From the NCBI GenBank assembly GCA_001643675.2, contig LSRY02000018.1, forward strand, positions 248,001-312,000: a stretch of DNA of 64,000 nt. Reading direction: 5' to 3'. Positions 13,572-26,000 of the stretch are shown here, one piece after another; position 1 is the first letter of the stretch, and each line of letters opens with the position of its first letter. The notes below the pieces were generated by a model, which was not told where the DNA came from, searched no databases, and saw only the letters and a list, made by a program, of their open reading frames with translations. Made by a program: the position numbers and the translations under genes. This stretch comes from Monocercomonoides exilis PA203 (taxonomy: Eukaryota; Protista; Preaxostyla).

Positions 13572-14649
13572 AATAAAAGTTTGAATAACACATACTTCAA
13601 TAATTTTGAAAATGATTTAATCAAAACACATTTTTTCTCATCACATTTTAATAGCATCACAAAAAATCTTATCAATTTCGATTGAGTATATTTTTTTTAA
13701 TCATGAACATAACTAAATAAAATATCTCAATTCTTTGCCAAATCAATAATCATTTCAAAACACCAAAGTTTCATTAGTTTTTCTTGAATAACTTCATAGA
13801 AATAATTCACTTATTGATTGCTAAAACAAAACAACACTTCAATAATATCAAGCTGTCTCACAACAAGATAGTAGTTATATCACTGAAAAATATCATATAA
13901 CTTGTTTTCGCCATGATCATCTTCATCTTAACTTTAACTGTTTTATGTTGTGCCACATCTTCCTCACACAGAGCTTCCCTCTCCTATTCTTTTTCTTAAA
14001 TACCAACTTGGAAAAATTCATCATTGAACATCGTTTTTTGATGTTCCTCTCCGGTCATTGCTTTCTTTCTCTTTCTTTCACACACATGATTAAATCCTTT
14101 TCTTCCTTTACTCATACTACTCCCGCATACTCATTAATTCGTGTTTCTCGATGCAGCTTTCTCCTCTCCATTCAGCTCAATCTCAATCACACCTCCTGCA
14201 ACGCTCCTTTAACTCGCAACCTCACTTTCTTTTAAGCTTTCCACAGCCAAACTCATATTCATCATTCCTCCTTTTCCTTCAATCTCCTTTGCTTCACGCA
14301 ATTAAAATGTTGTTATATCAACGATAATCATCCCTTCTCCATCTGTCTTCACGTCCTCCGCTGTGACAAATCCCTGCTCCTCTCTTCCTCCATTCACCTT
14401 CTCAATTCCTCCTCCGCAAAATTCAGTTCCTCTCACTGTGACGCATTCCATTTGCATATCTCGACCTTTCACACTCCCCACCCACATATTAGCCCCGTTG
14501 ATCCTCTTCCTTCCTCGCTTTCTTCCTCTCCAAACTCGCTGTCAACAATCATCACAACTCCAACACTTATTTACTCAATCTGCTTCTTCAACGACTGTCC
14601 CTAAAACTTCATTGCAAACGTGTTCATTTCGAACCATGTCTCTCTTTTT

Positions 14650-15420
14650 CATCCACAACGCGTCATATCAAAACCATTCGATAGAATTCATATTTCATTG
14701 GAACTGTATGGAATCAAAAACATGAACAAATTTTTTTCATCATGAAAATCATCACTTCCAACAAACAGAGTCTTATCATTTATCGTTAAGGAATAATCAA
14801 ACTTGAATGAGTTATTTGTCACAGAAGAATTAAAATCCTTTCCCAAAATGAACACATTCTTTCCAACGGCCGCATTGTTATTCTTAAAAGTTACGTCAGC
14901 ATCAAAAAGAAATGGTTTTTCACTCAAACAATTTTTGCAATCCAAATATTAAAATCCTCCTTTTCCATTGTTTGAAGAAAGTGAACAAGATGATGCATTT
15001 GTTGATTTAATCACCAAATCTTCATTCCCTTGCAGTGTCACTCTTGCAACACCTCCTTCTTCACCGCTTCCAGTGTTCATAACGTTTGAAAGGCTGCTGC
15101 TTTCAAGCAAGACAGACGAAGCTATCACCAATGGTGATTTGACAAACGAACAATCTGTCAAGCTGCATCCCTTTAATGAGCAACTTCCACTTGTTGTGGT
15201 TATCAATGAATATTGAACTGTTGTTGATGATTGGATGCTAAATAAACAGCTTTTGAGTTGAAGAACCCTACTCGATGAGATCAGTGTATTCATATTTAGC
15301 TCAAACTGTCTTGGAATTTGGAGCTTCAAAGATAATAAGCTGTGTTAAACTGTTGTTGGATTGATTGATAATATTGATGGTTTTCCGTTGATTGTTTTCG
15401 AAAGATAAACAACATTGTGT
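14650..15420 (-). pseudogene. Second fragment of the same family, frameshifted; close paralogue of 53215-53990
   Basis: QYSLITTTSGSCSLKGCSLTDCSFVKSPLV, NTGSGEEGGVA, NNGKGGF and NNAAVGKNVFILGKDFNSSVTN align almost residue for residue with ORF 52230-54044. Confidence 0.85.
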
Positions 15421-15735
15421 TCAAATAGAAATACAACCGCAAAAATTTATAATTAAATTTTCTTTAATCAAAAATTTTTAAATAATATCCCACTTCTATC
15501 CTCGTGTATTATACTTATGTTTTAAACTTAATTTTAGCTTTTCTTAATAATTCTGCATTGTTTATGAGAAAAAAATAAAAAGTATTTTGTGCAAAATAAT
15601 ATTTAAAAGCTTGAATAGAATTGATTAAACAAAATCAAACGTTCTTAGCATAAAAAGTATTTCTTTATTAACCACCATCTTTTTGCCACTCAATTATTCT
15701 CATATTGCATAATAATATTCATCTTTAAAATCTTT

Positions 15736-16212
15736 ATCAATATTCATAAAGGATAAAATGAAATATTAATAATCTTTCATTGCACACTTTATTAAAATAT
15801 TTAAACATTATATTTTTCTAACGGTCATAAACGTGTGTTCATTGCATGATGAGGAAAAGAAAATTCTTATTTTTTGGATATTAAAAATTTAATTGTGGGA
15901 TTGATCAAAATATTTAAATTTTTAATTTATTTTTTTCATATTTTATTTTTCAAATTTTTATTATTAAAACAGGACAATATAATAATTAATGACCTTTTAT
16001 CCACTTTTTATTTCGTAATTATCTTATTTTATTTATATTCTGAAAAAATACTCATATTTATGGGTCATTTTTAAAAATAGTTTTTTCACGAGAAACAAAA
16101 TTTTTCGCGAAAAATCGGTCCATACAAAAGTTTTTTTAATAACATTTGCTTTTCAAACATCTCAAAATTAATCGTTAAAAACAAGAAATGCAAAAGGGAC
16201 GCAGTTACACCC
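15736..16212 (-). repeat. Right TIR arm
   Basis: Reverse complement of 11869-12345. Confidence 0.95.
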
Positions 16213-16540
16213 ATGCCGTTATTCTATCATGTTGTTGATATTTTTTATGAACAATATTCAGCACCTTTTCTTCACCCTCGAAGTTGAGCAAACAAGGCCT
16301 GGTGTGAATTTCCTTTTCTTTCCAAATTCGTCCGGCGCAATAACATCTGACAGCGCTATAAATTTTTTGGGTCGTAATGTTAAACGCTTCTGATTTGTAA
16401 CAAACCTTCTGTGGAAAAGCATCAAGAGCGGCAATAATTTTTTCGAATAATGAATTGGCGTTTCTCACTTCAAACGTAAGTTTTCCGTCTCGAAGTTTTT
16501 GTTCTTTGATATTTTTGAAATCGTTGTATTTCTTGAACAA
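16213..16540 (-). pseudogene. Probable 5' (HTH) part of the DDE_1 transposase separated by the TIR insertion
   Basis: Same strand as the DDE_1 core, ORF runs directly into the right TIR, and RPCLLNFEGEEKVLNIV resembles the CENP-B/Tc5 HTH linker. Confidence 0.6.
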
Positions 16541-17464
16541 TAAAATAATGAACGGTCAGAAGCGGAAATTAGATCAAAATAGATCATTATGAATTTATAA
16601 AACGTTTTGGGAAAAAAAATCACCGATAAATAATGTTTGAAATTGCATTATCTAGAAATAGATTCAATATGAGTTAAGTTTTTTTATTTGGAACAGAAAT
16701 ATAATTAAGATATGAATATTTTGATTTATTTGAAAATAAAACCAAGCCTGCGTGACTGACTGACTTTGACATGAAAAAAAGCGAAATTTGACTAACGGGA
16801 TAGAAAAAAGTAACGTCATTTCATAATGTGATTTTCTGTATTGAATAATTGCACATAAGAATGGCATCAATTTTCCATTTGGGTGATTTTTTTTGATATC
16901 ATAAAAAAAGATCAAAAATCGAAAAAATATTATATATTGTGGTATTCTCTGATCAAAGAGGAAAATTGATTTATAACAAGTATTTAGCTTTTATTTCTGC
17001 AATATATATTTGTTTTATTTATAAGACCAAAAAAACATACCTATTTAACATTTTTAACGAAAAACGATTTTTTGATCAAGTTTAATAAAAATGAACCTAA
17101 AAATTAATGAATAAAACTTCAGAAAAAAATAAAAGTTTCAAGAATAACTTAAGAATACTGACAATTGGAAAATAAAAACAAAAAACATTGGTAAAGTTTG
17201 AAATTTGAATAAAAATAATTTTTTTGACTTTCAAAAAATGACAATAGTTTATCATCTTTAATTTCTTTGACTTTGACATCACAAAATCATCATTCCAGTT
17301 TAGTAGTCCAGCTTCAACAGAAAAACAAAATATAAAACTGTGGAAAAGGAAATGTTTCCAAGAATAACAACTGATTCAAATTCGTTGTTTTTCTCCATTC
17401 TCCTGATTATTTGGAGTTCAAACTTTCTTCTCTATACCATTTGTTCGTTTAAAATTTTCCATTA

Positions 17465-18064
17465 TTGTTTCTTTCACATTCTCATTCCACATACATCCTC
17501 TATCGCTCCTTAATCGCCAAAGAAATTCATTCCACTCATCCTGCACTTTCTCTTCTTTCTTCTTTTATTTCTTCATTAATTGCCACCTCCCCTGCCCTCT
17601 CCCTCTTCCTCGCCAACTGCACCATGGCCAACATCGACTCAGCTCCGCAGTTGAGCCAACAAACTGCCACCAATGGCGGATGCATCAAATTCGCCTCATC
17701 TGCCACTGCAAACACATTTTCTGTGAGTGATTCCAACTTCTCCGCCTGCTGTGTGAGCGAGGATACAAGTTCTGGAGGAAGAGGCGGCGCTCTCATGATC
17801 GAGTACAATGATGATTCAGAAGTGTCATCCACAACCTTTTCCATCACCAATATCGTGTTTTCAGCCAACAAGGCCAGTGTCGGAAGAGATATGTATTTTG
17901 TGTGCGAAACATTTGTCGCTTCTGTGAAAGAGCCCTTGTTCGCCTTCATGGGAAACATCACTCAGAAAGACAACTCGATTGTTGGAAATGACAGAAAAGA
18001 AGCAATTGGAATTTCGATTAATAAATCTATATCAACCGGAATACAGCTGACAACGAATACGTGA
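17465..18064 (+). pseudogene. Fragment of the Cys/Gly-rich repeat surface-protein family
   Basis: TNGGCIKF, FSACCVSEDTSSGGRGGALMI, FSANKASVGRDMYFVC. No proper start or end. Confidence 0.7.
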
Positions 18065-19044
18065 ATGATCATCTTGATATCATTGAAGTGAATTGTTGGC
18101 TATCAAAGATGTCCTACAAGAGGACACAACGCGATGGGGTTTCTGAAGAAGGTGCAGATCATAAGGCAGAATTCATTTCATCAGCTGACTTGTCAGTGAA
18201 AATATGTGCAAATGAAGGCAAAGTCGAAGATATTTGAAGAGAAGGCACAAACACACAAAATAATAAATTGACTCAAAAACACTTTTGATGGATTAATCAT
18301 CACATATCTGCAGTTAATTCGGCTGTTTCATAGAAATTTTCTTTGAACATGTCTTTCCTCTAAATCGCTTTCTTTCATCGTCTCATCTTCTGCGACTTTT
18401 TGAAGGCATGTGGCCTTGCGAAATCTCTCGAAAACAATCCTTGCAACTGTTTGTTCAAAGAAAGCTTTTCCAATCTTGTTCTTTCTTCTTCCTGTAATTC
18501 TTTCAATCTCAAAATAAATAATGCAGAGGCAAACTTCATGGATTGTGTACCCGATGATCGGCTATTCTTGATTTGACATTGAACCATTTCCGTTGACATA
18601 TTATTTATACAGATATTCCGTTTTAGAATGAAAATTTCTTTTGTGCTTCCGAAAAAATAATAAAAGACGGTTCCTGGCTCTGAATTCGATAAAAGTTGAA
18701 TGAAATGAAATAATTGTTTGCTTTCTCAGCAGCTCTGCTGAATTGAACAAAACAAACATTTGACTAAGTGGATGCTCTGATCCAATGCCAAATAAGAAGA
18801 AACATAAAAGAAGAAGTTGAAAAAGTGGTTGAAGAAGGAGTTGATGACAACGATGACGAGGATAAAGAGGGATATTCTGCTTTTAATAAAGTTTATTACT
18901 GAAATGAAGTGGATGTGACTGAATATATTGATGATGAAGAGGAGACGGTGGTGATAAAAGGCACGTTGAAAGTGAAAAGTTGAATGAGAAGAGACTCAGA
19001 CAGAGATGAAATATCATGCAGATAAATAGATCTTTTATTTTCCC

Positions 19045-22000
19045 TTACTTTTTTTCTATTTTCTCATGTTCTTTCTTCTTCTTCCTGTCTTTCAGCTTGC
19101 CTCTACCAGCTCCTGGATCTTCTTCTGCTCTCCTAAGACCATGTCCTTCGCAGTCAGTATTCGTTTCATCTGCTCGTCGGTCTCTTCTCAGTTTATAGTG
19201 ACTTGCTAACTCCGGCTCTGTCAGCTTCTTGATCAGCTCATTGTTCTGGAAATAATCCTCTATCATCTTGTTTTCCTCTTCCAGCAGAACGGTTCCTAAC
19301 GCTCTTTCCTTCCACAAGCCTCCCAAACACTCCCTTCTCTCTTTCTTTTTGGATAAATAAGATTTCTTTTTCGTTTTTGTTGGTTTCTTTCTTTCTTTTT
19401 TTATTTCTTCTTTTCTGCAATCTCTTTCAGTCTCATTTGCACTTTTTTGGAAGCTCTTTCTTTATATTCGATTTTCACTTTCTGGAATTTTTTGCGTATT
19501 AGATTGACTTCCAAAGATATATCCGTTTTTTGTTTCTTTTTGATGAAATTTCTCTTCTTCCAATTGAACATCTCTTGTTTTGCTCTCTTTCTGTCCCTCA
19601 AAATTTTCTTTTCTTTCGCCAATTGCTTTCACAGATACAGCTTTCAATCTTTTCTCAAGTTGAAACTCTTCTCTTTCCGTCTCTCTTTCATCATCTCTAG
19701 TTTCACTTCCTTTCCCCCTTCTTCTTCTCATTGTTCACCATCTCTTCTTCACCTTCTTCACGGCTTCTTTATTGATATCCGATCATCTTGTTTCACTTGT
19801 CCATGTACTCCTCCTTCTTAGCTGCCCCAATGCAAATTGAAGCTAAATCTTTAACTTCCGCGAAAAATTCACGAAATGCAATTAGTCCAACAAATTTTTG
19901 GGACTAAGTGACTTCTTATAGATGGACAAAAAAGGACATTCGAACTCCCAACATAATTGTCTTTGAATTTAACGCAGAGAAGATGTCCATTTCGCACAAA
20001 ACGTCAGAAACAGGTGATGATAACTTGGCAGCAGAAAGAGAAGTCAGCGCAGACGATAGAGGCGCCTGTGGAGCAAATGTCAGTGACATTTGTGAAGAAG
20101 TGTTCGAAGAACAATGAGCTTTTCCAATGTCAGAAGACTTTTATTGCTTGAATAATCCATTTGAGATACAAAATATAATAAGAAGGAAATGTGATCTTTC
20201 TCTCTTTTCTTTTCTGGCGCTTTTACAAACTTTGTGTAACAAATCTGGTATTTTGTTTTATTATTTCTTCGATTGCTCTAACAATATTAGCTGAAGACAA
20301 TAAAAGAAGATCTCAATGTACTTTAAACGCTCAGCATAGTTCTCTTTGTTCAAAAACCTTCAACTGTATTCCCAAAAGAGGCAGACGAGCTGCGCTGCCT
20401 TTTTATTCGTTGCTCCTGTTGGAATAAGCCCTTGAATTCACTGAATCCCTTATGATTGCACACACCCTCATTGTACAAATCTCTTCTGAGAATACAATGG
20501 AACTGAGACTGAACAAGAACCAGAAGAAGAGCCAGCAGACAGATTCAACAAGGGAGGAAGAGAAACATTCACTCCGCTCTCTTCATCTGCAGAAGTTATT
20601 CTCCTTCCTCCAACACCGCAACTTCTTCGTGAATCCCTGGCTGGACCACGTTCCTTTTGTTCTTTCTTGTTGTTTCTTTCATGGCAGACATCGTTGGAAT
20701 GAGGTTGTTCATCTTAACCGCTTCTCGTTCCTTCTCCTTCTGAAAATTCCTGATCTTCTGCTCCGCTTTTGCCTGGAATGTCACATCAAGCGCCTGCTTC
20801 GTGGTTTCATTGAGTGGAATGCCACTAACCTATGCACGTAACTGCAGAGTTGAAGCAGCAGCAGCTGAAAGCGGATTAACAGGCTGCCTCTCCAGCACCA
20901 ACAAATACTACTTCTCTTCGTTTCTTTCTTTTTCCAAAACAGTTCGGATCTACTAAAATCCTGTTGTTATTCGAGTGCCCGGAGATTTCATTATTCGCTC
21001 AATGACACACACTCTCAGTGGCTGCTTGCAGATGCTTGATTGGTGCGGGAACTTTCCAGTGAGGAGGAAGATGAAGATTAAGAAGGCACTGGATACGAAG
21101 AAGAAGGAAGCCCTTTAATTTTTCCCAGTTGAGAGTGCTGCGCGGAGAGTGAGGCGACGGTGGAGCGATTATCAATGCTGCCTGAGTTAAAGTTTGATAC
21201 AACAACAGAAGAGGAAGAAGAAGTACCATTCACAGAAGATGAACGACGAGCTGAAGGGAAACGATGACACGAAAAGATCTGAAAAACTTTTGAACTTGCT
21301 TCAACATTATTCACAGCAAAAGAAGTGGAAGTATTCTGATTTTCAATTGAAGAATTCCACTTCGAATTCATCGAAAGAGAAAGTTACAGAAGTGAATTCA
21401 CCAAAATAACAGAATGCATCACATAAAGTTGTTCACTACACACACATTTCTATCCTTCTGCAATTTTTCCTTTGATCGGCTGAATCGTTTAAACCTGCGA
21501 CATGATCAGCGGATGGCTCTCTTACTAGTCAAACAGGATGCTTTTCTTCTCTCTTCTCTCGTTCGCCCTCTTCTGCAGCGCTAGATGCAGTTTTGTGCGC
21601 GGACACACCTGACGCACCAGCCTCCGCTCCATGCTCTAACCTGTCACACTCATAAAGCCAATTCGCTCATGCTTCAATAATTATTGCTGAACAGAAAGTC
21701 GAAAAAGAAAAGCTGGAATTGTTGTCGTTTTTTCATGTACTAGCGGCTTTGTTCCTTTTTCGCGATGAAGTCTTCACCGGCCAGAAGCGCTTGCAGCACA
21801 GTCTCCATATGAGTGATACCTTCTGTCCATCACTTCCTTCTCTTAACTGCTCCTCCTCCAACATTCTCGTTCATCTCATTCATTGAACTGTTTCTGCTTT
21901 CCAGCTTGATCGGAATCCTAGCTAAATGACCTATTTTCATCAGCGAATGGAAGCTCCAGAATATCATTTGCTTCCCAAAAGCCGGTGCAATCCCTCTCAT

Positions 22001-22300
22001 GGCAGGGCACTCAAACAGAGGGAAATAAGACGCCTATGCATTCAGCCGCTCCACATAAGTCACGTCGAGTCTATAGTCGATGCTAGTCCCACATTCGTTC
22101 CTCAGCACAATGGACTGCATAGTGCATGGACCTCTCCAATGGGTACCTATTCCAGAAAAGGCATTTCCGTTTCTTCTTTTCATCGCACGCTCTCAAACAC
22201 AGCATGCTCATCGGTGAAACTCAGCGTTTGTAACGCGATCTTAAAATTGTTAAGCTTCCCAGCGGAGCAGCACCCAATTTGAAAGGCATTTTCAGCAGAT
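19045..22300 (-). pseudogene. Decayed coding sequence of unknown type (K/E-rich coiled-coil and Ser-rich segments)
   Basis: Chain of short minus-strand ORFs with coding-like composition (19045-19326, 19401-19731, 20596-20784, 21078-21371) broken by stops and frameshifts. No motif recognised. Confidence 0.35.
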
Positions 22301-23081
22301 TCTACAGCAAGCGCATATTAGCCTCCATGAAGATCAGCCCATCGAAGTGATTGAATGTTTCATCAGCAGGTGAAAGCTCGTTTGCAAACGCGCGGTTCAT
22401 CTGGCTCTTAGAAAGATCTTTTCATGTAATCACCTTCTCCGTGTTGTGAATGTGAACATCCACAACAGCTTCATATGGAATTATCCCCAATCCAGTCGCT
22501 ACTCATAATGCAGTTTCGTTGTGTTTGAATTGTATTCATAACATTTCGCCGGTTTCTTGCTCTTCTTCCCGACTCTGCAACAATAAAGAAGAAGCAGGAG
22601 AAATGCAAACAGATTGAAACAGATCGTAAATACCTCTGTCAGCTTTGAATATCTTTGTATAACCATTTCTTTTCTCTTTGTCATTTCAATCACACGCACA
22701 ACACGGCATGTGTACAATGCACGAAGCACAGGGCGGAAAAACACTTTGATTCTTTCGTGCGATCTTGTTGAAATGACTTCGCTTTGTGGCAAAACCGATA
22801 TTATAGGTAGAGTAGTTTAAGGAAAAGTAGAAAAAGAAAAATATGGATAACATCATTGGATCAGAAAAACGGAAAAGGAAAAAAAGAAGAAAAAGCAGAA
22901 GTAGTGGAGGTGAAAAATGATGAAAGATTCATCAAATTACTTGACATAAATGAAGAACAGTTTGGATTGAAAAAGTTGAGGAAGAAGAAGCATTAAAGAA
23001 GACATGAATAATATTTGAATTTTGCTTATCAAAAAGCAAAGTTCCTTTCCAGAAAAATCTATTTTATTTATAAACCATAAA

Positions 23082-26000
23082 CCCATTTCGAATTTTCATT
23101 TTTTCGTTGATCAGGAATTTGCAGAAATGTTTATTTTTTTGTTCATAATGGAATAAATGATATAAAGAAGTGATCAATAGGCGTAAAAACGATTTCTGCA
23201 AATTCCCGTGTAATAAAAATCTTTTTTCGATCTATAAGATCAAACATAACAATTTTCAAAATGATTATTTTTTAAGACATATTTTCATAAATATTCTTTA
23301 TTCTTAAATTTCAATCGATGAAATAAATTTTCATTGTTTGTTGTTTGTCATTATCGAAAAAAGAATATTAAGAAAAATTTTATCATTTTCCAGAAATTTA
23401 AAAAAAAATAAAAAAATCCTATTTCAACAAAAGTCATTTATTAAAATTAACACAAAAATAACTATTATGTTCATTAAAATTTTGATTGAGACAGTAATGC
23501 TGATTTTTTGTTTTACAAGTGATATTTATTATTTTTTTTAAAAAAAAATTTTAATTTTGTTGTTTAATGTTATAATTATTTCAGATGATGAGGAAAAAGA
23601 AATAAGAATTATGTCAGTTAGATTTGTTAGCAAATTTTAGAAAGATAATTATGAATAATAAAAATTCATTTTCGGAAGCTCTTTGGATATTTTATTTGTC
23701 AATTTTTCTTGGAATGAACACAAAGCTTAGAAAAAAAAATTAATAAAAATTAATAAAAAAGTATTATTTATGAAAACAACAGCATATCAATTTCCAATAT
23801 CATCAAACCATTATAAAAATACTTTCAAAATAAAAATGACTTTTTCAAAACCTCAATCAACTCTTAATTCAAGATCCAAAACTCTTTGGAAAGAAATTGA
23901 ACGCATAGGTGGAGATGACGTTGATTCATTGCTCGTCTATCTCTCTTTTACAACAACAGGCAATCATCTTCAGTAATTAATGATTTACTGAAGTCTTTGA
24001 ACGGTTTGGCTTTTTATTCTTTTGTATTGCGTTTAAAATATTATTTTAACTCTCTGTTATTTTTTTTCTTTTTGATTTGTTAACTATTAATTTTTTTGTA
24101 ACAGAATATCACATAAAGCTGCTGGAAGACCTGTCTGTGGTGTACAACAACGCTCCGTTGCACACTCAGACAACAATGCTGCAAGCGCTTTCCCGCAACA
24201 CATCATTATCAGATTTACAGGACTATGGATATGATGTCAAAGAAGGCAAATTTATTTATGCGAAACAAACTCTGAAGAAAAACCAAGGATTTATCATTCC
24301 TCCTCAAAAACCTCATCTTCCGTCTTGCAAAAGTGGTTTGTTTTTATTTGAATTTTTTTTTTTGAATAATTCTCTCTGTTTATTAAGGTTTAAATGAACA
24401 GGACTGGGAAAAGGGCAACAACTGGATGTTAGCCCATTCAACTGAAGCCTCAACTTCGCTTCAGTCAGCAAAGAAAAAGCAGCGAGCGGAGCCAGATTAC
24501 GCAAAATTTATTGACGAAGCAGCGTGGGAAGATGAAATAATTACTGAAAATTCTTCTTCAAATAAAAAACAATCTTCTTCTTCTTCAACATCATCTCAAC
24601 AAAATAGAAAATCAAATTCCGTTTCAGAAAATGATTTTTCTTCACCAAATCCTTCACCGTCGAAAGCTGTTGATGCTCCAATCAGAACTCCAATTAGGAG
24701 AGAAAGGGGTTCAACAAAAAGAAAAATAAATAAATTACATCAAAAACATCACTCGTCTCCTACACCCATTCCAATTCACAAATTCTTCAAAACAAAACAA
24801 TCGTCATCCACTTCCTCATCTTCCTCTTCTTCCTCTTCTTCCTCATTTTTCAAAAAAATTAAAAAAAAAAAAGAAAATATAAATCCTTCTTCCATTGAAG
24901 AACCTTCAACTTCCTTTTTCTACGATGATGTGTGTGTTAGTGATCAATTAATTGAATATGCCACTTCTCCAAAACTTATTCCTCCACAAACATATCAAGA
25001 TCTTCTTTCATCATTTTCAAAAGAGAATAACACTTCTTTGTCTCAGCATAACACACCCTCCGATAAGAGTGTTATTTCGTTCCATGAAAACACTGCACAA
25101 CTCACGATGAATAACAATCAAATAGATTTTCTTCATTCAAATTCTACTCCTTCTTCATCAACCTCTTCAAAAATCGTATCTTCACTTTCTTCTTCATCAA
25201 CATCAATGAAAGGATTAATCAATTTAGGAAACATATGCTATTTAGCTTCTCTTCTTCAATGTTTCTCTTCAATCATTACACAAAAACCTTCTTTCATATC
25301 AAAGCAAACAAAAAAAAAGAATATATCTTCACGTGTTATTAATGTTTGTCAACAATTGGCAAAAGATGGAATGGCAGTGCGTTCGTGGGCCCCATCACTG
25401 ATCAACAAATGGGAAGACTTTTGTGGATATGGCAGTAGACAACAACAAAACGTGGCTGAGGCATTTGACAATCTTCATTAACTTCTTCAAAAAGATGAGT
25501 TGATAAATAAGGACACCTTCAATCCTGTTTTAATCACTCATTTCAAATGCCAAAAATGCAAAAGAATCTCATCACATTTCAACGAAGCTTGCAACAACGT
25601 GGTAATTAATTCATCTTCTCCTCACAAAGGTCTATCATCTCTTTTTGCAACTGAAATTTTAAATGGAAAGAACACAATTTATTGCGATGAATGCAAAGAG
25701 AAATGCTGTGCTGAGAGATGGGAGGAAATGGCTGCATTTCCAGATGTGCTAGCCCTCTGTCACGAATGCACTGACTCTGCTTGCTCTGCTCCTTCAAGAA
25801 CACTTCTGATTGAAACTGATCGTGTTCACCAGCGAACGTTTATCAAAGGGTTTTCAGAAGAAAACATTCAACATCATCAAGAGAGCAATAAGGAAGTTAT
25901 TATTTATCATCATATTGGGCAAATTCTTTTTCAGCGTCTGGATCAACAAAATGGGCATTACATTGCAGTTGTGAAAAGGAAGGCAGGAAGAGAGGCACTG

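Larger units (their letters stand above)
11869..16212. mobile_element. Non-autonomous TIR element (4344 bp) with 477-bp near-perfect TIRs and captured host-gene fragments; target duplication AT (or CATG)
   Basis: 11869-12345 is the reverse complement of 15736-16212 (GGGTGTTACTGCGTCCC... / ...GGGACGCAGTTACACCC; one mismatch seen near the tip). Flanks CCTGCAT|...|ATGCCG. No transposase inside. Confidence 0.92.

Noticed and set aside
12007-16074. Identical 66-aa ORFs at 12007-12207(-) and 15874-16074(+)
   Set aside because: By-products of the AT-rich inverted repeat, with TTG starts and no coding signal.
25479-25481. In-frame TAA/TAG codons (also 42652, 60483, 61954) as evidence for a TAR=Gln genetic code, as in some oxymonads
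   Set aside because: The Rac gene ends in TAA exactly after a CaaX box and long intact genes lack internal TAR codons. The affected loci also carry frameshifts, so ordinary nonsense mutation is the simpler explanation.
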